Part shown: in pieces, positions 9,644 through 19,604 of the stretch
Layout of the letters: the number at the start of each line of letters is the position of its first letter
Numbering within the stretch: the stretch's first letter is position 1
NCBI GenBank assembly: GCA_019057865.1
Contig: JAHLWP010000003.1
Location: forward strand, 148,192-212,191
Source: Promethearchaeota archaeon
GTDB lineage: Archaea; Asgardarchaeota; Lokiarchaeia; Sigyniarchaeales; SOKP01
Reading direction: 5' to 3'
Length of the DNA stretch: 64,000 nt
Notes under the pieces: generated by a model
What the model was told of the DNA's origin: nothing
Seen by the model: the letters and a program-made list of their open reading frames with translations, nothing else
Database searches by the model: none
Position numbers and translations under genes: made by a program

Positions 9644-10288
9644 TTGTTAACGATGGAAAAACTAAATAAAATCTATGAAAAAATTCATGCAAGTTATTTT
9701 ACTATCATAGGAGTCATAATATTCATGATTGGGCTTATACCCGCGATTTTAGTACACCCTGATTTTAGCTTTTTGTCTACATTTATCAGTAATTTAGGAG
9801 AACCCTCATCAAATGACTTATGGATATATTTTAATGTTCTATGGTTTATCACAGGAATATTCATGATCCTCTTTATATTTGGTTTTACTCAATACTTGCA
9901 ACAAAAAGGAGCTTATATATTGGGAACTTGGATAATGCTTATTTTTAGTGTACTTTCAGCAGGAGGAATTCTAGGTTTAGCAATATTTAATGCAGAAGAT
10001 GCGTACAAAATGCACTACATTTCAGAATTGATTTTCTTCTTTACAGGAATACTATACCTTTTTGGTTATGCAGCTCTAGAAAATAAGATATCAGATTTCC
10101 CTAAATGGCAAGCTATATTTAATATAATAGTTGCGTTTTTCTTTATAATATATTTGATTTTATTAATAGTTAATAGGATAAATGAAGATGTTGCAGTGGA
10201 AGCTCGAACTCTTGCTGAGTGGTTATTTCTCTTCGCAAACCTAACTTGGTTTTTTGAAAATGGAGTTTTTGTACTAAAAATAAAATAA
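9644..10288 (+). CDS. DUF998/Frag1-like multi-pass membrane protein
   Basis: About 6 TM helices; FSFLSTFISNLG, H in KMHYI, and EW in the last helix. Confidence 0.7.
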   Translation: MLTMEKLNKIYEKIHASYFTIIGVIIFMIGLIPAILVHPDFSFLSTFISNLGEPSSNDLWIYFNVLWFITGIFMILFIFGFTQYLQQKGAYILGTWIMLIFSVLSAGGILGLAIFNAEDAYKMHYISELIFFFTGILYLFGYAALENKISDFPKWQAIFNIIVAFFFIIYLILLIVNRINEDVAVEARTLAEWLFLFANLTWFFENGVFVLKIK

Positions 10289-10307
10289 TTTTTATCTAAT
10301 CTTTTTT

Positions 10308-10751
10308 TTATAATTCCTTATTTAATTGAATAAGATTTGGATTTAAAAATACATTTTGGCACATAGGACATGCATTATATTTTATCAACCAAGATGATAC
10401 GCAATAATCATGATATTTACTACCACAATAGGAGCAAGTTATAGTTTTAGCTTCATTATAATTTATATATTTGTGGCAAATTATACATTGAATTCTTTGA
10501 TTTGATACCTTAATCTTTTCAATTCTTAATTGTTTTCCACAATAACAACAAAAATTCGCTTTATTCTTATTATGATCAGGTAGCTTATTACCACAATAGG
10601 TACAATAATTATAACTATATTTAGACAAGATACTTTTCACTATTATCTGTTTTTTTAGATCACTCTTTAACTTAATATCAAATATCAATAAAAGTAATAA
10701 AATGATCTTTAGTCCAATTTTTAGAAGAAAAAAAGATTTTATTAGAAGCAA
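10308..10751 (-). CDS. Zinc-ribbon plus RING/PHD-like finger protein (candidate E3-like); true start probably downstream of 10751
   Basis: CTYCG...FCCYCG zinc ribbon; CIIC...CSYC..YHDYC..W....CPMC finger. Confidence 0.75.
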   Translation of the reverse strand: MLLIKSFFLLKIGLKIILLLLLIFDIKLKSDLKKQIIVKSILSKYSYNYCTYCGNKLPDHNKNKANFCCYCGKQLRIEKIKVSNQRIQCIICHKYINYNEAKTITCSYCGSKYHDYCVSSWLIKYNACPMCQNVFLNPNLIQLNKEL

Positions 10752-10767
10752 AGATAAAAAGAGTTGG

Positions 10768-11556
10768 TTATTTGTATTTAGAGATAAATTCCTTCAAGGG
10801 AGTAATATATTCATTTTTAAAAGAGAAGATATTATTATGACCAGCTCCCTCTATTAATATTAAATTTTTTTCAACGATCTCAGGGAGAATTTTATATATA
10901 AGTATTCCTTCTTCAGTTGGAATAATCCAATCTGCTGTTCCATGAATAACTAGAACAGGCTTTTTAAATTTCTTTATTCTTGTATCATTGGAGTACTCAT
11001 TTAAGGATTCTGGAGTGATTTCAGGACTATTAACTCTAAATAACCGTGTCATCATATTATAAGCACTAGCAAATCCGCTTTCAAAAATAATTCCACGTAA
11101 ACCATCGGGATTATGGGCCCCAATTTCAGAAGCACAAACACTTCCAATTGAACGACCTAGGATAAATAGAGAATCGTTTAAATTATTATTATGCATCCAC
11201 TTATAAAATTCATTATAAATTGGCATTGCATCTGTTATTAGACTACTATAAATTGGTTCACCGGAGCTAAATCCATAGCCGCGAAAATCAACAACCGCTA
11301 AGTTAACATCACATTCAAAAAAAAAGTCTAAAAAGTATCGATATTCTAATGCAATCTCTCCATTTCCATGGAAGAGTAGAATTGTTGGCAATTCTTTATT
11401 GTTTAAGTAGAAAAATCCACCAATTATTATGTATTTACTAATTTGAAATTGTAAAACTTCAATATTGGCTTCTAACTTTTGTGGAATTGGTGTTTTTCGA
11501 GGATAAAATACAACATTGGAAATAGCAGGATTATCAATGAATGATTTTTTTACCAT
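10768..11556 (-). CDS. Alpha/beta hydrolase (ABHD13/17-like)
   Basis: LFHGNGE, VDFRGYGFS, GRSIG nucleophile elbow, IHGTAD and GAGHNN. Confidence 0.9.
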   Translation of the reverse strand: MVKKSFIDNPAISNVVFYPRKTPIPQKLEANIEVLQFQISKYIIIGGFFYLNNKELPTILLFHGNGEIALEYRYFLDFFFECDVNLAVVDFRGYGFSSGEPIYSSLITDAMPIYNEFYKWMHNNNLNDSLFILGRSIGSVCASEIGAHNPDGLRGIIFESGFASAYNMMTRLFRVNSPEITPESLNEYSNDTRIKKFKKPVLVIHGTADWIIPTEEGILIYKILPEIVEKNLILIEGAGHNNIFSFKNEYITPLKEFISKYK

Positions 11557-11719
11557 ATTAGAATATCTTCTCTTATTGCATTTTTATAAAATTGCTCAAA
11601 TGCTTATATTTTTTTTTAAAATTTTTGTACAAAATGCATAACTTTTAAATAAAATTGAGATAAGTATTTACCTGCATTTGTATCCAATTATAAAAAAATA
11701 AAAGAGGTTTTGATTAATT

Positions 11720-12025
11720 ATGGGAATTATAATGGTAACTGTATGGTATCCAATGCATAAAAATGCTGATATAGCAAAAATATATCTAAAACGGCCCAGA
11801 GAGATACCTTTTGTAACAAAATGGCGAGCTTTCAATACACCAGCAGGAACAGATGGGTTTAAGCAATACCATATAATTTACACTGAAAGAGGGAAACTTG
11901 AAGAGGCAGGATTGGAGATATATAAATATTTTATGCCATTTACCAGTATTGAAGGTTTTAATTTGCTATTTGAACCACTAACAGGAGTATCAGATAGCTT
12001 TAAATTAATGGGAATGACTTGGTAG
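11720..12025 (+). CDS. Small hypothetical protein (ferredoxin-like/alpha+beta barrel pattern)
   Basis: Clean ORF with GAGGT RBS. Confidence 0.7.
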   Translation: MGIIMVTVWYPMHKNADIAKIYLKRPREIPFVTKWRAFNTPAGTDGFKQYHIIYTERGKLEEAGLEIYKYFMPFTSIEGFNLLFEPLTGVSDSFKLMGMTW

Positions 12026-12056
12026 TAAAATTAATCAATATTTTAAATCTTTTTTT

Positions 12057-12621
12057 TTATTTTCTATTTAATTTTTTCTTATATAATACTAAAAGAACTG
12101 AAACTGTACTAAGCAATATTAAAAAGAATATTCCAAATGAAAAATTAATAGCTTGTCCATTTTCATCTAAGCATGTTTCATAACCCTCAGCTTCCCAGGC
12201 TAAAATACCTCCAACCATATTGTAGACTTTCGTAAAATTTTGATTTACAAGAAACAGGCTTCCAGTTTCACTTCTACCACCAGTTCTGCAATATATAATA
12301 ATCTCTGTATCCTTATAAGGTTCAAGCTCGCTAATTCTTGTTGCGAGCTCACCAAGCGGTATCAATATTGCATTACATAAATGACCTTCATCATATTCCC
12401 ATTGATCTCTTACATCCAAAACAATTAGATCAGGATATTGGGTATTATTATTTTATCATGTCACGTGCTGTGTGTACATTAATATTTGTATAAGTTTGTG
12501 CTTTAACATTAACTATTGAGACGTAATTAAAAGATAAGAAAAATAACAATAGAACTAGAATAAGAACTGTATATTTATGGATTTTAGAATTTGAATCGAT
12601 TCTTGCCTTATTTCTTCTCAT
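12057..12621 (-). pseudogene. Secreted, C-terminally membrane-anchored rhodanese-domain protein, split by a single-base insertion near 12452
   Basis: ATG 12621 gives a signal peptide (MRRNK...VLILVLLLFFLSF...VKAQ) and then ...TARDMI; one extra A shifts it from NNNTQYPDLIVLDVRDQWEY...YCRTGGRS...GGILAW. C-terminal TM plus KKKLNRK. Confidence 0.8.
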
Positions 12622-12632
12622 GTCCCATTAAT

Positions 12633-13379
12633 TTATTTAGCTTTTCCTTGAGCTGCTACAGCTTCCATTGCCTCTTTAACTTTCTCAGCTTCTCCAAGGT
12701 AATAATGCTTTAGCGGCTTTAAATCATCATCAAGTTCATAAATAAGAGGAATTCCTGTAGGAATATTTAAACTCACTATTTCCTCTTCTGGTACATTATC
12801 TAAATATTTCACTAATGCACGCAAACTATTTCCATGGGCAGATATCAGCACTTTTTTTCCGGATTTAATAGTGGGTGCTATTACATCATGCCAGTAGGGC
12901 AAAAATCGCTCAACCGTATCTTTTAAGCATTCTGTTTGTGGTATATCCTTTGGATCTAAATTTTTATATATAGGATCATTTCCGGGATATCTGGGATCTG
13001 TTGTTTTAAGAGCAGGCGGAGGGGTATCATAACTCCTTCTCCAAATAAGTACTTGTTCTTCACCTACTTCTGCTGCCATTTTAGCCTTATAAAAACCCTG
13101 TAATGCTCCATAATGCCTTTCATTTAATCGCCATGAGCGATAGACAGGGATCCACATTAAATTCATATGATCTAAAACTATCCATAGAGTTCTTATACCT
13201 CTTTTCAATACAGATGTATAGGCTATATCAAACGTATAACCTCCTTCTTTCAATAATCTAGCCCCTTCTTCTGCTTCTTCAATTCCTTTTTCTGAAAGAT
13301 CTACATCGGTCCATCCAGTAAATCTATTTTCTTTATTCCAAGTGCTTTCTCCATGTCTTTGCAGCACTAATATGTAGAT
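12633..13379 (-). CDS. gpmA: 2,3-bisphosphoglycerate-dependent phosphoglycerate mutase; probable ATC start at 13379
   Basis: [30 protein letters not shown] and AHGNSLRAL motifs. ATC-TAC-ATA-TTA-GTG-CTG-CAA-AGA-CAT aligns to the MYxLVLxRH start and lies 6 nt after GAGGTGA. Confidence 0.95.
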   Translation of the reverse strand: MYILVLQRHGESTWNKENRFTGWTDVDLSEKGIEEAEEGARLLKEGGYTFDIAYTSVLKRGIRTLWIVLDHMNLMWIPVYRSWRLNERHYGALQGFYKAKMAAEVGEEQVLIWRRSYDTPPPALKTTDPRYPGNDPIYKNLDPKDIPQTECLKDTVERFLPYWHDVIAPTIKSGKKVLISAHGNSLRALVKYLDNVPEEEIVSLNIPTGIPLIYELDDDLKPLKHYYLGEAEKVKEAMEAVAAQGKAK

Positions 13380-13502
13380 ATCAATTCACCTCATTAATCA
13401 ACTTATTTTAAAATTTTAAATATTTTTAACTTAAATATATCTATTTATATTTTTAATTAAATTATTTTAAAAAATAAAATTTACACTTATGAGAGATAAA
13501 TA

Positions 13503-14168
13503 GTGATAAAAAAAGGTATATTGAAAGGAGGAAAACGCACAGAAGCAAATTGGAATAATTCTAAATTAGGTGAACCTTTTAAAGAAGCTTTAGATCAATT
13601 TAAAGAAAAGGTTTTAAATAGAAACGATTTCGATCCAACATCATTACTCCAATTCGGGCTGTTTATGTCCATGGGAGTAATTAATATATTAAAAGAGAAT
13701 GAAGCTAGATTTGGATTAGAAGGTCAAAAAGCAGTAAATGATGCACTAATAAAAACTGGATATATGGTAGGAGAACAAATAGTAAAGGATATTACTATTC
13801 CATTAGAAATAAGCCCTATAGAATTGATGAGTTTTTTGGCAACAATTATAAACACACAAGCATGGACATCTATAGAGGATCCACGAATAGATAACGATAA
13901 ACAGTGTTCATTTGATATATTGTGGTGTCCACTACAAGATGTGTATTCAGCTTTTGATTGTAGAGTTCAAAGATACTTAGTACAAGGAATTATAAACGCA
14001 TTTAGAGATTCCAATATATTAGATAACGAATATCAAATAGAATTCACAAAAACTATTCCCGCAGGAGCAGAATGCTGTAATTTCATCATTTCTGAGAAAA
14101 GACCCGGAGAAATAGATAAATGGGAAGTTTATTCAAAAATGTTAGAAAAGAAAGCACTTAAGAAATAA
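13503..14168 (+). CDS. V4R / L-2-amino-thiazoline-4-carboxylate-hydrolase-like protein
   Basis: WCPL...DC...TKTIPAGAECCNF Cys pattern. Confidence 0.65.
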   Translation: MIKKGILKGGKRTEANWNNSKLGEPFKEALDQFKEKVLNRNDFDPTSLLQFGLFMSMGVINILKENEARFGLEGQKAVNDALIKTGYMVGEQIVKDITIPLEISPIELMSFLATIINTQAWTSIEDPRIDNDKQCSFDILWCPLQDVYSAFDCRVQRYLVQGIINAFRDSNILDNEYQIEFTKTIPAGAECCNFIISEKRPGEIDKWEVYSKMLEKKALKK

Positions 14169-14204
14169 GATTTATCTAACTTAAATAACAAAATCATTAA
14201 AATC

Positions 14205-15119
14205 TTAATTACCTTTATTAACTTTCTTTTTTCGTATAAATTGGTGGACATTAAATTGGGTTCTTTCACCTGTATCTACAACTCTTCTTACTGCTTGTTT
14301 CTTACTATCTTCAATTACTTTTTGAACAGGTTGGTATTTTCTGGCTGGATTTCCAATATAAATCCAATTTGGGTCCAAAATTTGATTAATATGAGTAACT
14401 GTCCACACACCTAAGGTTGTTCCTTTACAAACAATAGTACCGGGAGTAACTATACAATTTGCTCCAAGTACAACATGATCTCCTATAATTACTTTTTTAA
14501 TTAAAAGATAGTCTATATTATCAATTCTAATAATAATACTTGAAAAAACTTGGGCAGCTTGTCCAATCATTATATTGTTTCCAAAATCAATAAATTCAAC
14601 GTCACTCCAACCATCAAACATAGTACTTTTAAAATCTGCTCTCATATCACACATTTTGAATGCAAAATTGTTTACCCAGGGAAAACAAAAATTATTCCAT
14701 ATCCAAAAGATGTATTTTTTCACAGTTACTCTTAAACAAAAAAAGTAGTAATCTCTATCATGAATATCCACTTTAAAAAGACCTTCTCTGGGTCTATGAA
14801 GTAGTTTTAAAATTATTAAAATAAACTTTCCAAAAAGCAAACTAATAAGAAGATAAGATCCCCACCATACAAAAATATCAACACCTATAACTAAAATACG
14901 CCAGTGAAAGAAATTCGAATCCATTGCAAAACCATAAAAAGTTAAAATCATCACAGAAGGCATCATAAAGGATAAAATATGTAATAATAGGAAGAGAATT
15001 ACTCCCATATAATTCCAAGTAAAAACATTAGTTGTTATAGGGATTTTTTTTATATCGATCGATTTAATATCTTCGATTCTTGAAATCGATTTTTCACTCT
15101 CCATCATATTCTCCTCCAA
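14205..15119 (-). CDS. Membrane protein with left-handed beta-helix (hexapeptide) acyltransferase-like domain
   Basis: Two TM segments, then IDFGNNIMIGQAA...VIIGDHVVLGANCIVTPGTIV...YIGNPAR. Confidence 0.85.
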   Translation of the reverse strand: MEENMMESEKSISRIEDIKSIDIKKIPITTNVFTWNYMGVILFLLLHILSFMMPSVMILTFYGFAMDSNFFHWRILVIGVDIFVWWGSYLLISLLFGKFILIILKLLHRPREGLFKVDIHDRDYYFFCLRVTVKKYIFWIWNNFCFPWVNNFAFKMCDMRADFKSTMFDGWSDVEFIDFGNNIMIGQAAQVFSSIIIRIDNIDYLLIKKVIIGDHVVLGANCIVTPGTIVCKGTTLGVWTVTHINQILDPNWIYIGNPARKYQPVQKVIEDSKKQAVRRVVDTGERTQFNVHQFIRKKKVNKGN

Positions 15120-16720
15120 AAATTTCTTTAATTTCGTTTATATCAAGTTTTTTTGCAGGGAATCCACCATATATTCCATTCTTTCCGATTTTATCATATT
15201 TAATTGTCGCACACATGGGTAATATAGTTGAATTATCTCCCATTTCCAATCCTGGCAGTGATCCATTTGAAGCACTAAAAATACAATTATTGCCAACATC
15301 TGCTCCAAAAAAAGTTAAATTTTCTTCCCCATATACACCATCAACTAAATGATTAGTAATATGGGCAAACGTCCCAATATAGCAATTTTTCCCAAAATCG
15401 ATATGGCTATGGAAAAAAGCTTCCTCAAAAATTGTATTTTTTCCAACTTGATTAGATCTTATGAATTTTAATTCCCAATTTATTAACCACGGAAATGGAG
15501 AACGTATAAATGCGAAAATTGGGTATTTGAATAAAAAGGATCTAAAATGATAATAATCTAAGACTGTAGAAGATTCATCTAAGTTTCGATCATATACGCC
15601 TTGTTCTGGTCCTCTTTCATCTGCTAATTTATAGAACCATTTTGTAAATAGAGCAACAAAAAATAAGTGCAATAAATATATTCCAATTAGAATTAAAGGA
15701 GTTAATAATAATATAATTACATTTATACTCAAAAGTGATTCTAACGATAATGTTGTTGATAAGGTATATGGAATTAACATCCCGAAAAGAAATAGGATAA
15801 ACAAAAATCCAGGAATTATAAAGGAACATCCTATAATAACCCACCCGGTAATAATGTAAAAATGAAATGGTACTGATAATTCTTTTACATATGCTCTTAA
15901 ATCTTCTTCATTAAACTCTTTTTCAATAGCTTCCTCAAAAATTAAGGTTTCAAGTGCTTCTACATTATTGCTTAAATGATTTTCCTCTAGTTTTTTAGCA
16001 GGTACGCCCTGATATACTGAATCACTTTCAAGATATTGATTAATGGTTGTCATAGATATTACATTAAGAATAGTATTTGGTTCAATTACAGTTCCGGGTA
16101 AAACGACAGCATGAGCACCAATAATTACATTATCTTTAATTATCACCTTTTTTATGATTAATTTATCTTGAACAATTATATTAGACATTATAAGGCTACC
16201 TTGACCGATTTTTACATTTTTACCAAATTCAACAAATTCACAATCAACCCACCCTTCATTTAAGGAATTAGAAAAAGATGTTTTTACTCCTAAAATTTTA
16301 AAAGCTAGAGATTCGAGCAAAGGTAAAGATAATTGACGAGCTAACCATACAGGCCATTTTTTTATAACAGATCTTAAACTCCAATAACAATAATCTTTAT
16401 CCTTTTTGTTTCTAAAAAAAACACCTTCTTTAGGTTTATGTATTAAATTTACAAAAGATACCGCGACTTTTGCAACTATAATAGAACTCAAAATTAAAAG
16501 AATAACACCTATAAAAAAAACTAAAGGAAAAAGAAAATAAAACATTAGATCCAGTTTAGGAAAATGCTGCCAGAAGTACCAAATCCATAAAATTGATGGT
16601 TGAGCGCTTAAAGTTATAATTATAAAATATAAAATTAGGTATCTTTTTTTAGCTAAAACATTTGTTGTTCTTGGTCCTTCTCGTAAAGATGCTGGAATAG
16701 AGATCTTAGATTCACTTCAT
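15094..16720 (-). CDS. Membrane protein with two TM-pair/hexapeptide units; true start probably ATG 16720 with a one-base insertion
   Basis: The frame is open upstream of 16545 to 16716 (SESKISIPASLREGPRT...TM); the ATG at 16720 is out of frame by one A. Two LbH units end in YQGVPAK and YGGFPAK. Confidence 0.8.
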
Positions 16721-16941
16721 TTTTTAGTGTAATCGGGTATAAATACTAAAAATAAAGAAATAACAGTAGTTAAATCTTTTTGTCAAAAAATCTATACTAA
16801 GAACAATTGGATTTTTTATTATTTTATTGAAATAATTGTAAAAAACTGCATTATTAAAGAAAATTGAAATACAATTTACTATTAATTCTAATAAAATTAA
16901 AGATCATTTTCATATTGTAAATTTAATGAGGATAAATAAGA

Positions 16942-18471
16942 ATGATTGAATCGTTTTTCTGGTGGACACAGGAACAAAAACTCATTTCTAATAAAGTTTC
17001 TCAGTTTGTAGATGATAACTTTGAAGAAGCTGAAAAGTACTTTTGGAATACAAAATTTCCTTGGCCATTGGTGAGAAAAGTTGCTGATGAGGGATATTTT
17101 GGAGCAGCTGTTCCTAAAAAGTATGGAGGTTTAGAATTGGGCGCAACTGGAGGTTGTATTGTTGCAGAACAATTGGGCCGTCTATATGCCGTAGGTCATG
17201 TGTTTACAGTAAGTATACTTGCTGGATTAGAACAAATATTAAGATTTGCTAATGATGACCAAAAAGAACAGTGGCTTCCGAAAATCGCAAGTGGAGAAGA
17301 ACTAGGTGCACTCTGTATCACAGAACCCTTTGCTGGATCTGACGCCGCAAACATTTTTACAACTGCAGAAAAAGATGGAGATGAGTGGGTAATAAATGGT
17401 AAAAAAAGATTTATTACGGGTGCTGGAGTTTCAGACAGATATTTTATATATGCCAAAACTAATGACGATCCCTCTATTCGTAAACAATATGGCCATTTGA
17501 CCTCTTTTATAGTAGAAAAAGGGAGACCTGGTTTTACGCTTGAAAAAATTAATCCATTAATTGGATTTGATAATGTACCAAATGGATATATTGACTTTGA
17601 AAATGTTAGAATACCAGACGAAAACCGGATTGGTGCAGTAGGGAAAGGTTGGAATGTGATGATGGCAGGGTTAAATTTTGAACGGCTTATTGGATCTGCA
17701 GTAATGATTGGTGGATTTAAAGATATAATTGCTTTATTATTTCATTACACCAGACGTAGAGTTCAATTTCGACGTACAACCAATCGTTTCCAAGGAAACG
17801 CAGATGGCATCGCTGATATTATATCTAAATATAAAATGGCTAGATTATTTTCTTATCATTGTGCAAAGCTTCTAGATGATGGGATGGAGCCCATGGTTGA
17901 TGCCTCTATTGCTAAAAAGATGAATACGGAATGGATGAGAGAAGTAGGAATAACTGCTATCCAAATTATGGGTGGTGATGGATTAACTAAATTTTATCCT
18001 GCTGAACGTATGCTTCGTGAAGGAAAGATTGGTGAAATTGTCGCAGGTACTTCAGAGATTCAAAATTTGATTATATATCGCTTCTCGGCAATGCTTCCAA
18101 TCTACAACGCAGCTTTGAGATTTAGGTGGAATGATGAGGTTAACGCACCCATTATCTCAAAAAAAGAGTCAAAATTTAAAGGATTAGAGCTTAATGAAGA
18201 AAATTTATTAAAGGTTATCGCTCATGATTATAAAGTTAATCCAGGATTATATATGACTCCAGATGATGTTAGAGAGGATATAGGTGGGAGCCGTTCGGCG
18301 ATAAGGAATATTTTTGAATCCTTAGAAAAACAAAACCTAATCGTTACCCATCGAGATCGTCAGGGTAAGATTGTTTTGGTGAAAGCCACTTATGTTGGTT
18401 TACAAAAAGCATTTCCTAAAGAATATTACCAGTGGTTTCCAGAGTGGTATGATGATTCAGATAAGTTTTAA
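16942..18471 (+). CDS. Acyl-CoA dehydrogenase with C-terminal winged-helix extension
   Basis: CITEPFAGSD, INGKKRFITGA, RRVQF and IQIMGGDG...GEIVAGTSEIQ motifs, plus an extra ~120-aa tail. Confidence 0.9.
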   Translation: MIESFFWWTQEQKLISNKVSQFVDDNFEEAEKYFWNTKFPWPLVRKVADEGYFGAAVPKKYGGLELGATGGCIVAEQLGRLYAVGHVFTVSILAGLEQILRFANDDQKEQWLPKIASGEELGALCITEPFAGSDAANIFTTAEKDGDEWVINGKKRFITGAGVSDRYFIYAKTNDDPSIRKQYGHLTSFIVEKGRPGFTLEKINPLIGFDNVPNGYIDFENVRIPDENRIGAVGKGWNVMMAGLNFERLIGSAVMIGGFKDIIALLFHYTRRRVQFRRTTNRFQGNADGIADIISKYKMARLFSYHCAKLLDDGMEPMVDASIAKKMNTEWMREVGITAIQIMGGDGLTKFYPAERMLREGKIGEIVAGTSEIQNLIIYRFSAMLPIYNAALRFRWNDEVNAPIISKKESKFKGLELNEENLLKVIAHDYKVNPGLYMTPDDVREDIGGSRSAIRNIFESLEKQNLIVTHRDRQGKIVLVKATYVGLQKAFPKEYYQWFPEWYDDSDKF

Positions 18472-18508
18472 ATAGCTTATTTTTATTTTCTTTTCTTTTA
18501 AAATTCAA

Positions 18509-18862
18509 TTATTCGATTTCAAAATCTTTAATCATATCAACCTTTTTATTAGCATCAAGAGTGATTGCGATAAGTTTTGGGTTTTCATCATCCTCATCTT
18601 CAGGATCATACATTACAAAATAAAAAATATTACCTTCACTTTCAAAACCAACTTCCATTTCACCAACTTCAGGTAATATCTTTTTAATATTATCTGGAGC
18701 ATTATCTTTAAGTATATTAAATATAGAATCTTCAAGTTTTTCCTGTTTTTTTCTTATTTCCTTAATTTTAGAGAAATCAAATTGTCCAAGAGATTCTTGA
18801 GCTTTTTTATTTAAATCATTCCATTCTTGGAACATGCTTTCCAAACTAGGTTCTGATGCCAT
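18509..18862 (-). CDS. Acidic hypothetical protein
   Basis: Clean 117-aa ORF with typical codon usage. Confidence 0.7.
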   Translation of the reverse strand: MASEPSLESMFQEWNDLNKKAQESLGQFDFSKIKEIRKKQEKLEDSIFNILKDNAPDNIKKILPEVGEMEVGFESEGNIFYFVMYDPEDEDDENPKLIAITLDANKKVDMIKDFEIE

Positions 18863-18971
18863 AAGAACTTATTTCATTTGATAAAAATAAAACTTGTTAT
18901 TATCAAGGAAATAAATATTAATTGAATATTCTTTATTAGATTATAAAATCTTAAATTAAAGGTGTTAAAAA

Positions 18972-19544
18972 ACGGCAATCCAATTTCCAAAGCCAAATTT
19001 AAAGGGTACTAAAAGCCTTGAAGAGTGTATTTTTGAACGGGAGAGTGTTAGAAGTTATAAAACCAGACCTATCGAAATTGAGAAAATTTCTCAAATTCTA
19101 TGGGCAGCACAAGGGAAAAAAGGATTTAAAAGAACAGTACCATCTGCGGGAGCTACATATCCTCTAGAAATTTACGTTATCATAAAAGATAAAGGTTTTT
19201 TTCACTATAATGTAGAAAAACATTCTTTAGAAGTAATATCAGAGGAGAAATTAGAAGAAAAACTCTCTCGTGCATCTTGGGATCAGGAATTTATCGCTCA
19301 GGCTTATTTAAATATAATAATATGTGCTGAATTCTCAAGAACTACTGAGAGATATCGTCAAAGAGGGATTAGATATGTATTTATCGAAGTTGGTCATTGT
19401 GCTCAAAATGTTCACTTAGAAGCTGTTGCATTAGGTTTAGCTTCCGTTCCAATAGGAGCATATGAAGATGATAGAGTTAAAAACGTGTTAGGACTTCCAA
19501 AAAAAATTGAGCCACTTTATATCATTCCTATCGGATATCCATAA
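18972..19544 (+). CDS. SagB/ThcOx-family nitroreductase (absent from ORF track; ACG or ATC start)
   Basis: Translates as TAIQFPKP...LEECIFERESVRSY...ILWAAQG...RTVPSAGATYPLEIY...RYVFIEVGHCAQNVHLEAVALGLASVPIGAY...PLYIIPIGYP*. In-frame TAA at 18966-18968; GGTG RBS at 18961. Confidence 0.9.
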   Translation, partial: TAIQFPKPNLKGTKSLEECIFERESVRSYKTRPIEIEKISQILWAAQGKKGFKRTVPSAGATYPLEIYVIIKDKGFFHYNVEKHSLEVISEEKLEEKLSRASWDQEFIAQAYLNIIICAEFSRTTERYRQRGIRYVFIEVGHCAQNVHLEAVALGLASVPIGAYEDDRVKNVLGLPKKIEPLYIIPIGYP

Positions 19545-19604
19545 TAATTTTAATTATTTTTAATAAGTTATTTATTAAATATTAACAGCAAAAGATAATC
19601 TTTA

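Noticed and set aside
16715-16725. In-frame TGA as possible selenocysteine readthrough
   Set aside because: No upstream start or Cys-homologous context; an ATG with one extra A explains it more simply.
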